A stretch of 64,000 nucleotides of DNA, taken from NCBI RefSeq assembly GCF_965202595.1, contig NZ_OZ241836.1:535095-599094 (forward strand), in the 5' to 3' direction. The DNA is from Candidatus Poriferisocius sp. GTDB taxonomy: Bacteria; Actinomycetota; Acidimicrobiia; Acidimicrobiales; Bin134. A program made the translations under genes and the position numbers. Under the pieces are notes generated by a model that saw only the letters and a list, made by a program, of their open reading frames with translations, was not told where the DNA came from and did not search any database. Shown piece by piece: positions 1 through 9,239 of the stretch; the first letter of the stretch is position 1; each line of letters opens with the position of its first letter.

Positions 1-1
1 C

Positions 2-301
2 AAGTTTACCTGGTATGCAGAAGAGGACTGGACACCACCTGTAGAACGGCCAACTTTAAGCCCAGAAGAGTATGAAAAATATTTTGATATTGATGATAAG
101 ATATATCGGACATGTGAAAAAATAAACTTTCTGGCTGTGGCACTTCAGTGGGCTTGGCAGGAGCGGTTGCCGCCTGATGTTCGGGAGGCTGTGGATAAGG
201 CCTTTGAGGATTGTGTCGAGCAGCTCGGTGAGCTTGATGGTAGCGATGAGTGGTTGAGCCGGGAATCGGATTGTTGGGATGAGGCTCAGGAGGTCCGTTG
301 A
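2..301 (+). CDS. hypothetical protein, 5'-truncated at window edge
   Basis: Frame 2 is open from the window start to TGA 299-301 (...LSRESDCWDEAQEVR*). Local GC is clearly below the rest of the window. The stop overlaps the TTG start of the next gene (TTGA). No motif recognised. Confidence 0.35.
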   Translation, partial: KFTWYAEEDWTPPVERPTLSPEEYEKYFDIDDKIYRTCEKINFLAVALQWAWQERLPPDVREAVDKAFEDCVEQLGELDGSDEWLSRESDCWDEAQEVR

Positions 302-1308
302 CCTTTCGCCGGGCCTGGTTCCTGCTTGGGGCCGTATTCGCTGCTAGCGGGCTGGCGGGGTGTTCCCAGAGCCCGCTGGTTCAGGATGCTGAGCCGGCGC
401 CGATGGTTGTGGCGGTTGATCGGCAAGAGGTAACAATCACGACCTTCGCCACCTTGGAGCTGGAGTGGAGCCGGCCAGAGGTGCTCTGGGTGGCGGCCTC
501 GGGTTTGGTGACGGAGGTGCTGGTCCAGCCCGGCTACACCGTGCCATCCGGTTCTGCGCTGCTCAATGTTGACGGGGCACCACTGGTGGGGTTGCACACC
601 CCGGCACCATTCCACCGAGCTCTGGAGGCGGGAGACTCGGGCGATGACGTGGCGATGCTAACCGATGCTCTTGCTGCTGCGGGAGATCTGCCGGCGGAAA
701 CTGCCGACAACACCACCTTCACCCCGGTTGTTGCCGAGGCGGTGCAGCAGTTCAACCAGCGCCACAACCTCGGCAACACCGACTCCTTCGACCCTTCAAG
801 AATCGTCTGGCTACCGAAGAGGTCTGTGGTTGCCGGTCAAGTCAACCTTCGGGCCGGCGAAGAGGTTGCGGGCCGCACCATCGGGTTCACCCTTAGCCCA
901 GAGCTACTGGATGCGAGGTTGGTGGGCTTGTCCCGCCCGATCTCGGATTGGGCCAACACCTCTGTGATCCTCCCGAACGGGTTGGAGCTTCCACTACCGG
1001 AAGATGGGCTGGTGCCGGCCAACTCGCTGACCATACTGCAAGAAGCAGTCGATGCCGGCGTGCCGGACCTGAATGTGCGGGTGGAGAAGCGGCTGGGAAC
1101 AGCCTCGCTGGTGCCGGTCACCGCAGTGCAGCAGTCGGCCCGGGGCGATGCCTGCGTGTACGATAAGCACAGCAACGTTCATGGAGCGGTGATCGTCGGG
1201 GGGGAGGCCGGGATCGTCTACATCTCCGGTACGAGCCTGGATGAAGTATTGGCCAATCCCACTGCCCTGGATCTGGCCAATTGCGGGGGAATGGAAGTTG
1301 ATGGGTAG
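298..1308 (+). CDS. secreted lipoprotein, peptidoglycan-binding/HlyD-like adaptor of a MacB-type ABC exporter
   Basis: Signal peptide with lipobox (AVFAASGLAGC). PG-binding-like segment (GDSGDDVAMLTDALAAAGDL...AVQQFNQRHNL) and a beta-rich C-terminal half. First gene of an adaptor-ATPase-FtsX trio with overlapping stops and starts. Confidence 0.6.
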   Translation: MTFRRAWFLLGAVFAASGLAGCSQSPLVQDAEPAPMVVAVDRQEVTITTFATLELEWSRPEVLWVAASGLVTEVLVQPGYTVPSGSALLNVDGAPLVGLHTPAPFHRALEAGDSGDDVAMLTDALAAAGDLPAETADNTTFTPVVAEAVQQFNQRHNLGNTDSFDPSRIVWLPKRSVVAGQVNLRAGEEVAGRTIGFTLSPELLDARLVGLSRPISDWANTSVILPNGLELPLPEDGLVPANSLTILQEAVDAGVPDLNVRVEKRLGTASLVPVTAVQQSARGDACVYDKHSNVHGAVIVGGEAGIVYISGTSLDEVLANPTALDLANCGGMEVDG

Positions 1309-1951
1309 CTCGATCGGTCTCGAGTCAGCCTCTTACCATCCGCCCCGCACTGCCTCGCCCATTCTCAGCGAAGCGTGCTTGGAGGTCGGTTCGGGGGAAT
1401 CGGTTGCGGTTATCGGTCCCAGCGGATCGGGCAAGAGCACGTTGCTGTCCATCCTCGGTGGTATCGAGTCGCCCACTGGCGGCCGGGTGATCGCCACCCA
1501 CGAGGGTGAGTCCTGCGATCCTTGTTCGCTGGTGTCGTGGATACCCCAGGCCGACACCATGTTGCCCCGCCGGTCGGTTCTCGGCAATGTGCTGCTGGTG
1601 TCCAACTCCCGGGGCCGGGTTCGTAGAGCCGACCGCTCACAGGTTGTGCGGCTCTTGCCGGTACTCGGCCTGGGCCTGTCCCCCCGGTCACCGCTGCGGT
1701 GCCTCAGCGGCGGTGAGCGCCAGCGGGTCGCCATCCTGCGGGCGGTCATCTGCCGGACTCCCTTCATCTTTGCCGACGAGCCCACCGGCCAACTCGACCT
1801 CAGCACCTCGCAGGCGGTGGCCGATGTGCTGTTGAGATGCTGCTCCGACTACGGCCAGGGGCTGCTGGTGGCCACCCACGATCTCACCCTGGCCGAGCGA
1901 TGCGACCGGGTTATAGAGGTGTGCGACGGCCGTATCGGGGAACGCCGATGA
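1301..1951 (+). CDS. ABC transporter ATP-binding protein (MacB/LolD-like)
   Basis: Walker A GPSGSGKST, signature LSGGERQRVAILRA, Walker B IFADEPTGQLD. ATG 1301 lies just before the upstream TAG (1306-1308). Confidence 0.85.
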   Translation: MGSSIGLESASYHPPRTASPILSEACLEVGSGESVAVIGPSGSGKSTLLSILGGIESPTGGRVIATHEGESCDPCSLVSWIPQADTMLPRRSVLGNVLLVSNSRGRVRRADRSQVVRLLPVLGLGLSPRSPLRCLSGGERQRVAILRAVICRTPFIFADEPTGQLDLSTSQAVADVLLRCCSDYGQGLLVATHDLTLAERCDRVIEVCDGRIGERR

Positions 1952-3066
1952 GCCCGTCGCCCGGCTCCACCGACCCGCTACGAAGATGGAAGCCGGGGGC
2001 GTGGGGGGCCGAGGCCATTCGGAACCTGGTGGCATCGCCGGGTTCTGCGGCTGTGCTGGTGTCGGTTCTCGCGCTGGTGTACTGGTTCTCGGCCCACGCC
2101 GACCAGCGAGAGGTGGAGGCACTGGTTCGCAGCGAACAAAGGCTCCAGCACGAGGGGGCATGGGTTGTGGTTGCCCTTGCCTCCGATGAGGGGGCCACGG
2201 TCTCCGGGGAAGCCTGTGGCGCGTTGTCGACCATCACCGGGGTTCTGGGAACCGGGACGATATCCCATCGCAACGCTCGAGCGATCACCGCCCGCACCCC
2301 TGCGGGACCGGAACTGGCCGCCGGGGAGCTCTCGCCGTCTTTGGCCGTGCTGCTGTCGGGCCGCGAGCCGCCGCCGGGCACCATAGCGGTGGTGGGTCGG
2401 GGAGCCGCCGACCGGCTGGGACTGACCACCGGAAGCCGGCTTGGTGCCAAGTTAACCGGTATGGAACCCCATGGTGCCGTGACTCGGGCTGCGGGGGAGA
2501 TTGCGGTGGCCGATCTCACCCGGCTGGGCGTGATCAGCGACCGCGGCCTGTGGTTGCTGCGGGCCCGGACCGGTGAGGTGGAGAGCTGCGTGGTCGAGTT
2601 CGCCCCCTGGGTGGATGACAATGTTCAGCGGGCGGTGGCCTCCCTGGCCGCCGGGGGTAGCAGGCCCCCCGACCTGTCCCGCTTCACCCGAGTTCCCGAG
2701 GGTGAGGACTCCCTGCCCCATCGCTATGCCAACCGATCCACCAGGCTCCTACCCCTCGGTGCGGCCGCGGTGGTGGCGGTGGTGGTCTTCGGTTCGATGG
2801 CCCGGCGCCGGTCGGAACTGGCCCTGTACCGGCTGACGGGGGCTAGCCCACGGTCGGCCAAGCTGGTGATCATGGCCGAGATTTCCATTGCCGCGGTGGC
2901 CGCGTTCTGCGTAGCCACCGCAGTTCACCTGGCCACCCGTTCCACCGGCATCGACCATGGACTCGTCGCCGCGCTGCGGTGTCTCACCGCCACGGCCGCC
3001 GCCGTCCTCCTGGTTGGCATCACCTACTCCAGCGGTTCAGTGGCCAGCGCCATCAAGGATGCCTAG
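1948..3066 (+). CDS. ABC transporter permease, FtsX-like
   Basis: ATG 1948 overlaps the ATPase stop (ATGA). N-terminal TM helix, long extracytoplasmic region, C-terminal FtsX-type TM bundle (LLPLGAAAVVAVVVFGSMARRRSELALYRLTGASPRS...). Confidence 0.7.
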   Translation: MSPSPGSTDPLRRWKPGAWGAEAIRNLVASPGSAAVLVSVLALVYWFSAHADQREVEALVRSEQRLQHEGAWVVVALASDEGATVSGEACGALSTITGVLGTGTISHRNARAITARTPAGPELAAGELSPSLAVLLSGREPPPGTIAVVGRGAADRLGLTTGSRLGAKLTGMEPHGAVTRAAGEIAVADLTRLGVISDRGLWLLRARTGEVESCVVEFAPWVDDNVQRAVASLAAGGSRPPDLSRFTRVPEGEDSLPHRYANRSTRLLPLGAAAVVAVVVFGSMARRRSELALYRLTGASPRSAKLVIMAEISIAAVAAFCVATAVHLATRSTGIDHGLVAALRCLTATAAAVLLVGITYSSGSVASAIKDA

Positions 3067-3100
3067 ACACACAGGCGAAGATGCCTGGGTTCAGGTGTTT

Positions 3101-3135
3101 TTCAAAAGAGGACATAAAAGTTGTCCTCTTTTGAA
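3101..3135 (+). terminator. perfect 14-bp inverted repeat hairpin downstream of the FtsX permease gene
   Basis: ttcaaaagaggaca (3101-3114) / tgtcctcttttgaa (3122-3135) with a 7-nt loop, 35 nt after the stop at 3064-3066. It sits at the GC-rich to AT-rich transition. Only a weak T-tract follows. Confidence 0.4.
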
Positions 3136-3235
3136 AGAGGATTTGGTTGTCAGTTTCTGTAAGGGGTGTTATGCTTTCTTTGTGTCCTATGAATGTGGGA
3201 TGCAAACACAAAGCAGATGATAGAGGCTACTGCCA

Positions 3236-3766
3236 ATGATTGACATGGGCGAAGCCAGGCACTCCAAGTGGTTACTGGCTGCCGCATCGTGGGTGGTAAT
3301 ACTTGCGTTCTTAGCCGTGTTAGTAGTTGTCAGACTTGTATTTGAAGTACGGACTTACAAGCTGACTCCACTGTTTATCATCATGGGTCTGCTTTGCGTA
3401 ATCTTGTCCCGGCTGTTATGGGTAAGAGCATATCCTGATAAGCACCCATATGCCTTTGAGCATTCTGGAATCAAATCTCTGGCTAAAATGTGGCCCAAAG
3501 GTTACTGGGGTGTAATAGCAATTATTTTTTTGGTAGCAATTGTGTTTGATAGCATTTCGATGTTGATTGAACTGTTTACAGCAGGAACTCTTCAACGTTT
3601 ACTCTTGCTACCATTCGGCATTATTGGCATGTACATTGTTATAATGTTGATCCCAAAAACAAGAGAATTGATAATTTCAGAAATAAAAGAACTGCGTGAC
3701 AGGTCATCGCGTTTTCGTAGTTGGTTATCGTATTTTTACAATTACTTCTCGCGGTCCAGGCGTTAG
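3236..3766 (+). CDS. hypothetical polytopic membrane protein on an AT-rich islet
   Basis: 176-aa ORF with about 4 hydrophobic helices (WLLAAASWVVILAFLAVLVVV, LFIIMGLLCVILSRLLWV, WGVIAIIFLVAIVF, LLLLPFGIIGMYIVIMLI). GC is far below the flanks. No family recognised. Confidence 0.5.
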   Translation: MIDMGEARHSKWLLAAASWVVILAFLAVLVVVRLVFEVRTYKLTPLFIIMGLLCVILSRLLWVRAYPDKHPYAFEHSGIKSLAKMWPKGYWGVIAIIFLVAIVFDSISMLIELFTAGTLQRLLLLPFGIIGMYIVIMLIPKTRELIISEIKELRDRSSRFRSWLSYFYNYFSRSRR

Positions 3767-3772
3767 CAGGCG

Positions 3773-6664
3773 TTAGGTGTTGCTGATGGCGATGGCCCGG
3801 GTGTCGGTACCCAGGTAGCTGGCTATAACCAGGGGGTCGTTACGCACTTCGGGAGGGGTTCCCTCGGCGATCACCCGGCCGGCTTCGAGGCAGTACACCC
3901 GGTCGCTGATGCTCATGATTAGGGGCATGTCGTGCTCGATGATCAACATGGCCGCACCCAGCTCCCGGCGGATGTTCACGATGAGCGGCCCGAAGGCTTC
4001 GGTCTCGCGCTGGGCCACCCCCGCGGTGGGCTCGTCGAGGCACAGCACCCGGGCCCCCAGGGCCAAAAGCCCGGTGATCTCCACTATGCGCCGGGTGCCG
4101 GTGGAGAGGTCGCTGATGTAGGAGTCGCCGTAGCGGCCCAAACCCAAAAAGTCGATCAGCTCGTCGGCCTCGGCCCGCCGCCGCCGCTCCAGGGCGAACG
4201 TGCGGGGCAGGTGCAGGGCGGTGCTGATCAGCGGCGTGCGGCCCCTGGCCTCCAGGGCCACCTGCACGGTTTCCCTCACCGTCAGCTCTGGGAACAGTGC
4301 GGCGGCCTGGAACGTTCGCCCCAGCCCGGCCCGGGCTCGCCGGGGCGCGGAAAGCCGGGTGATGTCGGTGCCCAGCAACTCCACCCGGCCGCTCGACGGC
4401 ACGTAGCCCCCCACCGCGTTCATGAAGGTGGACTTGCCCGCGCCGTTGGTGCCGATGAGGCCCACGATCTCATCGGGACGAACCAGCACCGTGGCCCCTG
4501 ACACCGCATCCACACCGCCGAACCGCACGCTGATGTCGCGGCCGCCCAGCATGGGATCGGTGGCCGGCCTCGGGTCCCTGGGACGGTTCAGAGCCACCGG
4601 CACGGTTTTCACCGTCTTGGTCCAGTCGGCGGGACCGAGCCGCCGCTCGGCCAGGACGATGAGGGCGTTGCGGGCGCTGTAGCCGATCTGCACCAGCCCG
4701 CCGGGGAAGTACATGAGCACCACCAGCAGCCCGACGCTGGATGAGAACAGGGCCACGGTTTCGGAGCTGTTGAACAGGTTGGGAAGTCCGTAGACCCAGA
4801 TCGCCCCCAGCACCGCGCCCACCGACGACCCCAGGCCACCGATGACCACCATGCCGACGAGTTGCAGGGAGTCACCCACCTGGAAGAAGCGCTCGCTGAG
4901 CGGCACGTTCTGCACCAGCCCGGCCAGAAGCGCCCCTCCCAGGCCGGCGATCCCACCGGCCAGCGCGAACGAGGACAGCTTGGAGCGAACCGGTCCGACC
5001 GTGTAGGCCGATGCCGAGTCGATGTTGTCGCGCACCGCGATGATGGTGCGGCCGGTGCCGGAGCGGCGCAGCCGGCTCACGATGATCACCACTATCAGCA
5101 GAAAAGCCAGGCAGACGTAGTAGTAGCGCTTCTGGGAGGCAAGATCCAGGCCGAACAGCTCGCCCCGGCGGAACGAAACCGATGAGGTGTTGCCCCCCGA
5201 GAAGAACGGCCTGTGGTAGAGGTACTGCTGGGCGGCCAGCGCGAACACGAACGTGGTAACCGCCAGGTGGAGGCCGCGGACCCGCAACGACCCGATCCCG
5301 ATCACCGCTGCCACCAGCGCCGAGAACAAGCCGGCCAGCACGATGGCGACCATGAACGGGATGCCGCCGGTCTCGAACCGGATGTCGAAGAAGTCGAACG
5401 ACAGGGCATCGCCGGGCAGGAACCCGGTTCCCACGGTGAAGTCCATGGACAGGCCCCGGTGGAGGCCGGCGGCGAACAGTGCCCCCATGCCTGCGAAGGT
5501 CATCTGGGCCAGGGATAGCTGGCCGGCCCAGCCGGTGATGATGGTGACCGATACGCCGCACACCGCGAAGCACAGCACGGTGGCGTACAGGAGCTGGCGT
5601 GAAGGCAGGTCGGTGATGCCGGGAAGTTGCACGAGCACGATGGCGAGCAGCGCCAGGGCACCCAGAGAGATCCGGGACAGGTGCCGCAGCCACCACAATT
5701 GCCGCAGCCGCTCGGGGATCGGCCGCATCTTGGGGGCGAAGGCGAAGGCTCCGGTCTCCCCCCGGCTGCGGCTCTGGAAGTAAACGGCCACCAGAACGGC
5801 CAAAAAGGTCACGAAGTTGATGAGCCCCTGATCGCTCAGGAAGTTGAACCGCAGCAGGGATTCGGAGGCGCCGATCAGCACCCCGGCCAGCACGGCCCGG
5901 GGGAACGAGACCATGCCGGCCAGCACGGCGGCCACCATTGCCTTGCCCAGTGTCAACGACCCCAGATTGATGAGGCCCGAGACCCCGCGGGTTGACCCCG
6001 ACAAGAGGATCATGGACACCGAGGCCAAAAGCCCGGCCATGATCCACACGAAGGTGGACACCTTCTTGGGGTTGATGCCCGACAGGCGGGACAGTTCGGG
6101 GTTGCCGGCCGCCGCCGCCACCGACTTGCCGAACGTGGTGCGGTTCAGAAGCCAGCCCAGCACCAGGGCCAGCACCGGCACCACGATGAGAATGGTTAGC
6201 TGCGGGCCTCGCATGCGTATCCCGGTGTTCAGGACGCTTTCCCAGGTTCTGCCGATCATCACCGGGTAGCTCCGCCCGGCGGTTTCGATGTCGGGAAGTT
6301 GCAGAACCACCAGTTGAGCGAGCTGGGCAATGCCCACCGTGGCCACCAGCACGATCACCCGGGGAGAGGTGAACAGGCGGCGGATCACGGTGAGCTCCAC
6401 CGCGGCGGCGAACAGCGTGCCCAAAAGCAGCGACAGGGCCAGCGCCAGCCAGAACCCCCAGCCGTGGTTCAGCACCAGCAGCGCCAGGACCGAGGCGGCG
6501 ATGATGCCCATGTTGCCCACCGCGAAGTTGATGACCCGGGTGGACCGGTAGATCAGCACTATCCCCATGGCCACCAGGCCGACCGCCAGGCCGTTTACCA
6601 CCCCGTCGAACACGATCTGGCGGGTGATCCACACACCGACCATGGGCAGAGCGGTGGTTTCCAT
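3773..6664 (-). CDS. fused Liv-type ABC importer: LivH-like permease + LivM-like permease + LivG-like ATPase
   Basis: N-terminal LivH-like region (VNGLAVGLVAMGIVLIYRSTRVINFAVG), a central second permease domain, and a C-terminal ATPase (Walker A GTNGAGKST, LSTGTRRIVE, Walker B VLCLDEPTAGV). Start taken at METTALPMVGVW (ATG 6664). Confidence 0.8.
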   Translation of the reverse strand: METTALPMVGVWITRQIVFDGVVNGLAVGLVAMGIVLIYRSTRVINFAVGNMGIIAASVLALLVLNHGWGFWLALALSLLLGTLFAAAVELTVIRRLFTSPRVIVLVATVGIAQLAQLVVLQLPDIETAGRSYPVMIGRTWESVLNTGIRMRGPQLTILIVVPVLALVLGWLLNRTTFGKSVAAAAGNPELSRLSGINPKKVSTFVWIMAGLLASVSMILLSGSTRGVSGLINLGSLTLGKAMVAAVLAGMVSFPRAVLAGVLIGASESLLRFNFLSDQGLINFVTFLAVLVAVYFQSRSRGETGAFAFAPKMRPIPERLRQLWWLRHLSRISLGALALLAIVLVQLPGITDLPSRQLLYATVLCFAVCGVSVTIITGWAGQLSLAQMTFAGMGALFAAGLHRGLSMDFTVGTGFLPGDALSFDFFDIRFETGGIPFMVAIVLAGLFSALVAAVIGIGSLRVRGLHLAVTTFVFALAAQQYLYHRPFFSGGNTSSVSFRRGELFGLDLASQKRYYYVCLAFLLIVVIIVSRLRRSGTGRTIIAVRDNIDSASAYTVGPVRSKLSSFALAGGIAGLGGALLAGLVQNVPLSERFFQVGDSLQLVGMVVIGGLGSSVGAVLGAIWVYGLPNLFNSSETVALFSSSVGLLVVLMYFPGGLVQIGYSARNALIVLAERRLGPADWTKTVKTVPVALNRPRDPRPATDPMLGGRDISVRFGGVDAVSGATVLVRPDEIVGLIGTNGAGKSTFMNAVGGYVPSSGRVELLGTDITRLSAPRRARAGLGRTFQAAALFPELTVRETVQVALEARGRTPLISTALHLPRTFALERRRRAEADELIDFLGLGRYGDSYISDLSTGTRRIVEITGLLALGARVLCLDEPTAGVAQRETEAFGPLIVNIRRELGAAMLIIEHDMPLIMSISDRVYCLEAGRVIAEGTPPEVRNDPLVIASYLGTDTRAIAISNT

Positions 6665-6753
6665 CAACCGCCCTCGGTTCCGAGGAACTGGAGTACTGGG
6701 TCGTCTATTTGGTTGGATGCAGTTTCCATCAACCGCCCTCGGTTCCGAGGAAC
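6657..6753 (-). repeat. 32-bp direct repeat x2 (period 65) at the LivF/LivHMG junction
   Basis: gtttccatcaaccgccctcggttccgaggaac occurs at 6657-6688 and 6722-6753, separated by a unique 33-bp spacer. On the minus strand each copy carries TGATG. The upstream copy ends the MFS-LivF gene and the downstream copy starts LivHMG. Between them lies a 21-codon ORF, METASNQIDDPVLQFLGTEGG (6729 to 6664). Confidence 0.9.
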
Positions 6754-9032
6754 ACCGCCCGGGCCAGGTCGTCACGTTCGGCCAGTTCCTGGGCCGGACC
6801 CTCGAAACGGACCTGCCCCTTCTCGAGGAACACGGCCCGGTCGGCGATGGCCAGCGCCACGTTCAGCGACTGCTCCACGATGATCATGGTCTGGCCCCGG
6901 GCCTTGAGCCCCTCGACGGTTTCCAGCAGCGACTGCACGACCACGGGGGCCAGTCCCAGCGACAGCTCGTCGATTATCAGCACCTCGGGCTCATGCAGCA
7001 TCACCCGGGCCAACGCCAGCATCTGTTGCTGCCCGCCCGACAGGTTGGCGGCCCGCTCCCCGGGTCGTTTGGCCAGATTCGGGAACAGGTCGAACACCTT
7101 CTCGATGCGCCGGTCCCGGTCGTGGGAGTCCTTGCGGTAGGCGTAGGCACCCATGAGCAGGTTGTCGCTGATGGACATGTCGCTCCACACCCCGGCCCCT
7201 CCGGGCAGCATGTGCAGGCCCATGGCCGACCGCTGCTCGGGGGTGGCGAAGGTAATGGTTTGACCGTGCAGGCGCACCACACCCCGCTCGGGGGTGACCA
7301 GGCCGGTGATCACCCTGAGTGCGGTTGACTTGCCCGCTCCGTTGGTGCCCAGAAGGGCCAGCGTCTCCTGGCGGCCCACCTCGAAGCCGAGGTCGAACAG
7401 CACCTGAACCTGCCCGTAGCTGAAATCCACGTCGGCCACCTGGATGGCCGGTATTTCCTCGGGATCGGTTTCGGCCCGGCGGCGCTCCTCGGCCTGCTCC
7501 TCCTGGAGCTCTGCGACGATCAGGGAGAGGTCACGGCGGAGCCGCCCGGCCCCCCTCAGCACGAAGTAGGCCCCGATCGGCATGGCCGAGGCGGTGATGA
7601 GGGTGATGGCGGTCTGCTCGCCGAGCTCGTTCTGGAGGAAGCCGGCGATGATGCTGCCGCCCACCCCGCCCACCATGACCATGAAGAACGTCAAAAAGGC
7701 AGTGCCCATGCCCCGCAGGCGGTAGGGGAACACCGCCTGGATGGCGGGCTGTACCATGGCGAAGGCCCCGCCCAGCAGGGTGGAGTTGACCGCGGCGAAC
7801 ACCATGAACAGGGCGAGATCGGACATGGCGTACTGGATCGGTACCAGCACCCCGATGGGCACCAGCAACACGCCGATCATCCTCAGTGCCCGGTCGGGAT
7901 CTTGGCGGTAGGTGGCGTCGAATCGGCGCCCGACCACCGGTAGGAACATCATCAGCCCGATGCCCGCGGGGGCCACGGCCAGGCCGCGCTCCAGGGCGTC
8001 GAGGCCGAACTCCTCCTCCAGGAAGAACGACTGGATCGAGCCGGCGGGGAAGAGGGCGAAGCCCATCGCCGCGAACGCGATGGTCATGTTGCGGATGGTG
8101 TCGATGTTCCAGATACGGGTGAAGGCGGCCTCCACCGAGATGGGCATCTTGTCGTTCTGCACCAGGCCGGTTCCCAGCACTTCCTTTTGCTCCCACTGGC
8201 CCCGGGGCGGTTCCCGCAGCCAGAAGGCGAACACCGCGAGGGCGGCAGTGGGCAACCCGAGCAGGTAGAACGCCCAGCGCCAGCCGTCGTCGCCGCCCAT
8301 CCACACCGCGATGCCCCCGGCGAGTATCGGGCTGAGGGCCGCGAACACACGCCCCACGCCGGCGTTGGTGGCGAACATGCGGCCCCGGGTCTGAAGGGGG
8401 TAGGTGTCGGCCAGCATGCTGGGATGCACGGTGATGGTGTTGGCCTTGGACATTCCGGTGAGGAACCGAGCGAAGAAGAACATCAGGGCGTTCACCGCCG
8501 CTCCCGACAGCGCGCTGAAGGCGGCGAACGCCCCGCTGGCCAGCCCGACGATGGGGCCGCGCCGGAAGCGGTCGGCCATCCAGCCCATCGGCCCGGCCCC
8601 CAGCACGAAGAACATGAGCGACGCGGTGCTGATCGCGGTTATGGCCCCGTCGCTCACCCCGAAGCTCCTGCCGATGTCGGGTCCCAGGATGGCGACCGCG
8701 CTGTTCTCCAGCTCGTCCAGGCTGTTCAGCGCCAGTAGCACGAGAAATGTCCGGTAGCCCCCCTTCAGCAGGCCCTCCCTGAGGGTGGTCTCCTCGCCGC
8801 CCACGCCGGGGAGCAGGTCATCGGGGAACAGCACCTCGGCCTTATGGGCATCGCGCCGGGCAGCCTCACCCTCGAGCACCGTCGTAGCCAGAGCATCAAT
8901 GGTTTCGTCCCGGGTTTGGGATTCGTCCGGGTTCGGGGTTCCGTTCCCGGTTTGGGATTCGCCCCGGGTCTGCTCGCTGTCCAAATAGTCCCCCCGACTG
9001 TCGCGGGTATCGTCAAACCCGCATCGGCCCAT
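6729..9032 (-). CDS. MFS-type permease domain fused to a LivF-like ABC ATPase
   Basis: Multi-TM region with MFS motif A (GWMADRFRRGPIVGLASG). It is followed in frame by an ATPase (Walker A GTNGAGKST, LSGGQQQMLALARV, Walker B LIIDELSLGLAP) ending FLGTEGG*. Start is uncertain. ATG 9032 (MGRCGFDD) was chosen because the longer ORF runs through a repeat array and into the divergent gene. Confidence 0.7.
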   Translation of the reverse strand: MGRCGFDDTRDSRGDYLDSEQTRGESQTGNGTPNPDESQTRDETIDALATTVLEGEAARRDAHKAEVLFPDDLLPGVGGEETTLREGLLKGGYRTFLVLLALNSLDELENSAVAILGPDIGRSFGVSDGAITAISTASLMFFVLGAGPMGWMADRFRRGPIVGLASGAFAAFSALSGAAVNALMFFFARFLTGMSKANTITVHPSMLADTYPLQTRGRMFATNAGVGRVFAALSPILAGGIAVWMGGDDGWRWAFYLLGLPTAALAVFAFWLREPPRGQWEQKEVLGTGLVQNDKMPISVEAAFTRIWNIDTIRNMTIAFAAMGFALFPAGSIQSFFLEEEFGLDALERGLAVAPAGIGLMMFLPVVGRRFDATYRQDPDRALRMIGVLLVPIGVLVPIQYAMSDLALFMVFAAVNSTLLGGAFAMVQPAIQAVFPYRLRGMGTAFLTFFMVMVGGVGGSIIAGFLQNELGEQTAITLITASAMPIGAYFVLRGAGRLRRDLSLIVAELQEEQAEERRRAETDPEEIPAIQVADVDFSYGQVQVLFDLGFEVGRQETLALLGTNGAGKSTALRVITGLVTPERGVVRLHGQTITFATPEQRSAMGLHMLPGGAGVWSDMSISDNLLMGAYAYRKDSHDRDRRIEKVFDLFPNLAKRPGERAANLSGGQQQMLALARVMLHEPEVLIIDELSLGLAPVVVQSLLETVEGLKARGQTMIIVEQSLNVALAIADRAVFLEKGQVRFEGPAQELAERDDLARAVFLGTEGG

Positions 9033-9083
9033 CAGAGTAGCGTGGGGGGCCGGTAGGTAATCCACAAGCGGGGCAGGCGACTC

Positions 9084-9239
9084 ATGAACAAGCCGTTGAA
9101 CAAACCATCCAACGTTGTGAGCGAGCCGTTGAGCAAGCCATCCAACAGCAAACCATCCAACGTTGTGAGCGAGCCATCCAACAGCAAACCATCCAACGTT
9201 GTGAGCGAGCCATCCAACAGCAAACCATCCAACGTTGTG
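9084..9239. repeat. 36-bp tandem repeat, about 4 copies (one 48-bp variant)
   Basis: caaaccatccaacgttgtgagcgag recurs at 9101, 9149, 9185 and 9221 (periods 48, 36, 36). It lies in the divergent intergenic region between the MFS-LivF gene and the PNPOx-like gene. Confidence 0.9.

Noticed and set aside
4872-6632. Long ORFs antisense or out of frame to recognised genes. Examples: 4872..6632 -, 13038..14432 -, 30935..32341 -, 38668..40263 -, 42899..44188 -, 16277..17593 -, 45609..46520 -.
   Set aside because: Their translations are Arg/Pro/Gly-rich with no motifs, and they fully overlap genes with clear family signatures. This is the expected stop-codon depletion in DNA of roughly 65% GC.
6657-6753. 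The 32-bp repeat / 33-bp spacer / 32-bp repeat layout looks like a minimal CRISPR array.
   Set aside because: There are only two repeats, no cas genes and no leader. The repeat is coding sequence at a gene junction, and the unit forms an in-phase bridging ORF. It fits the window-wide junction-duplication pattern instead.
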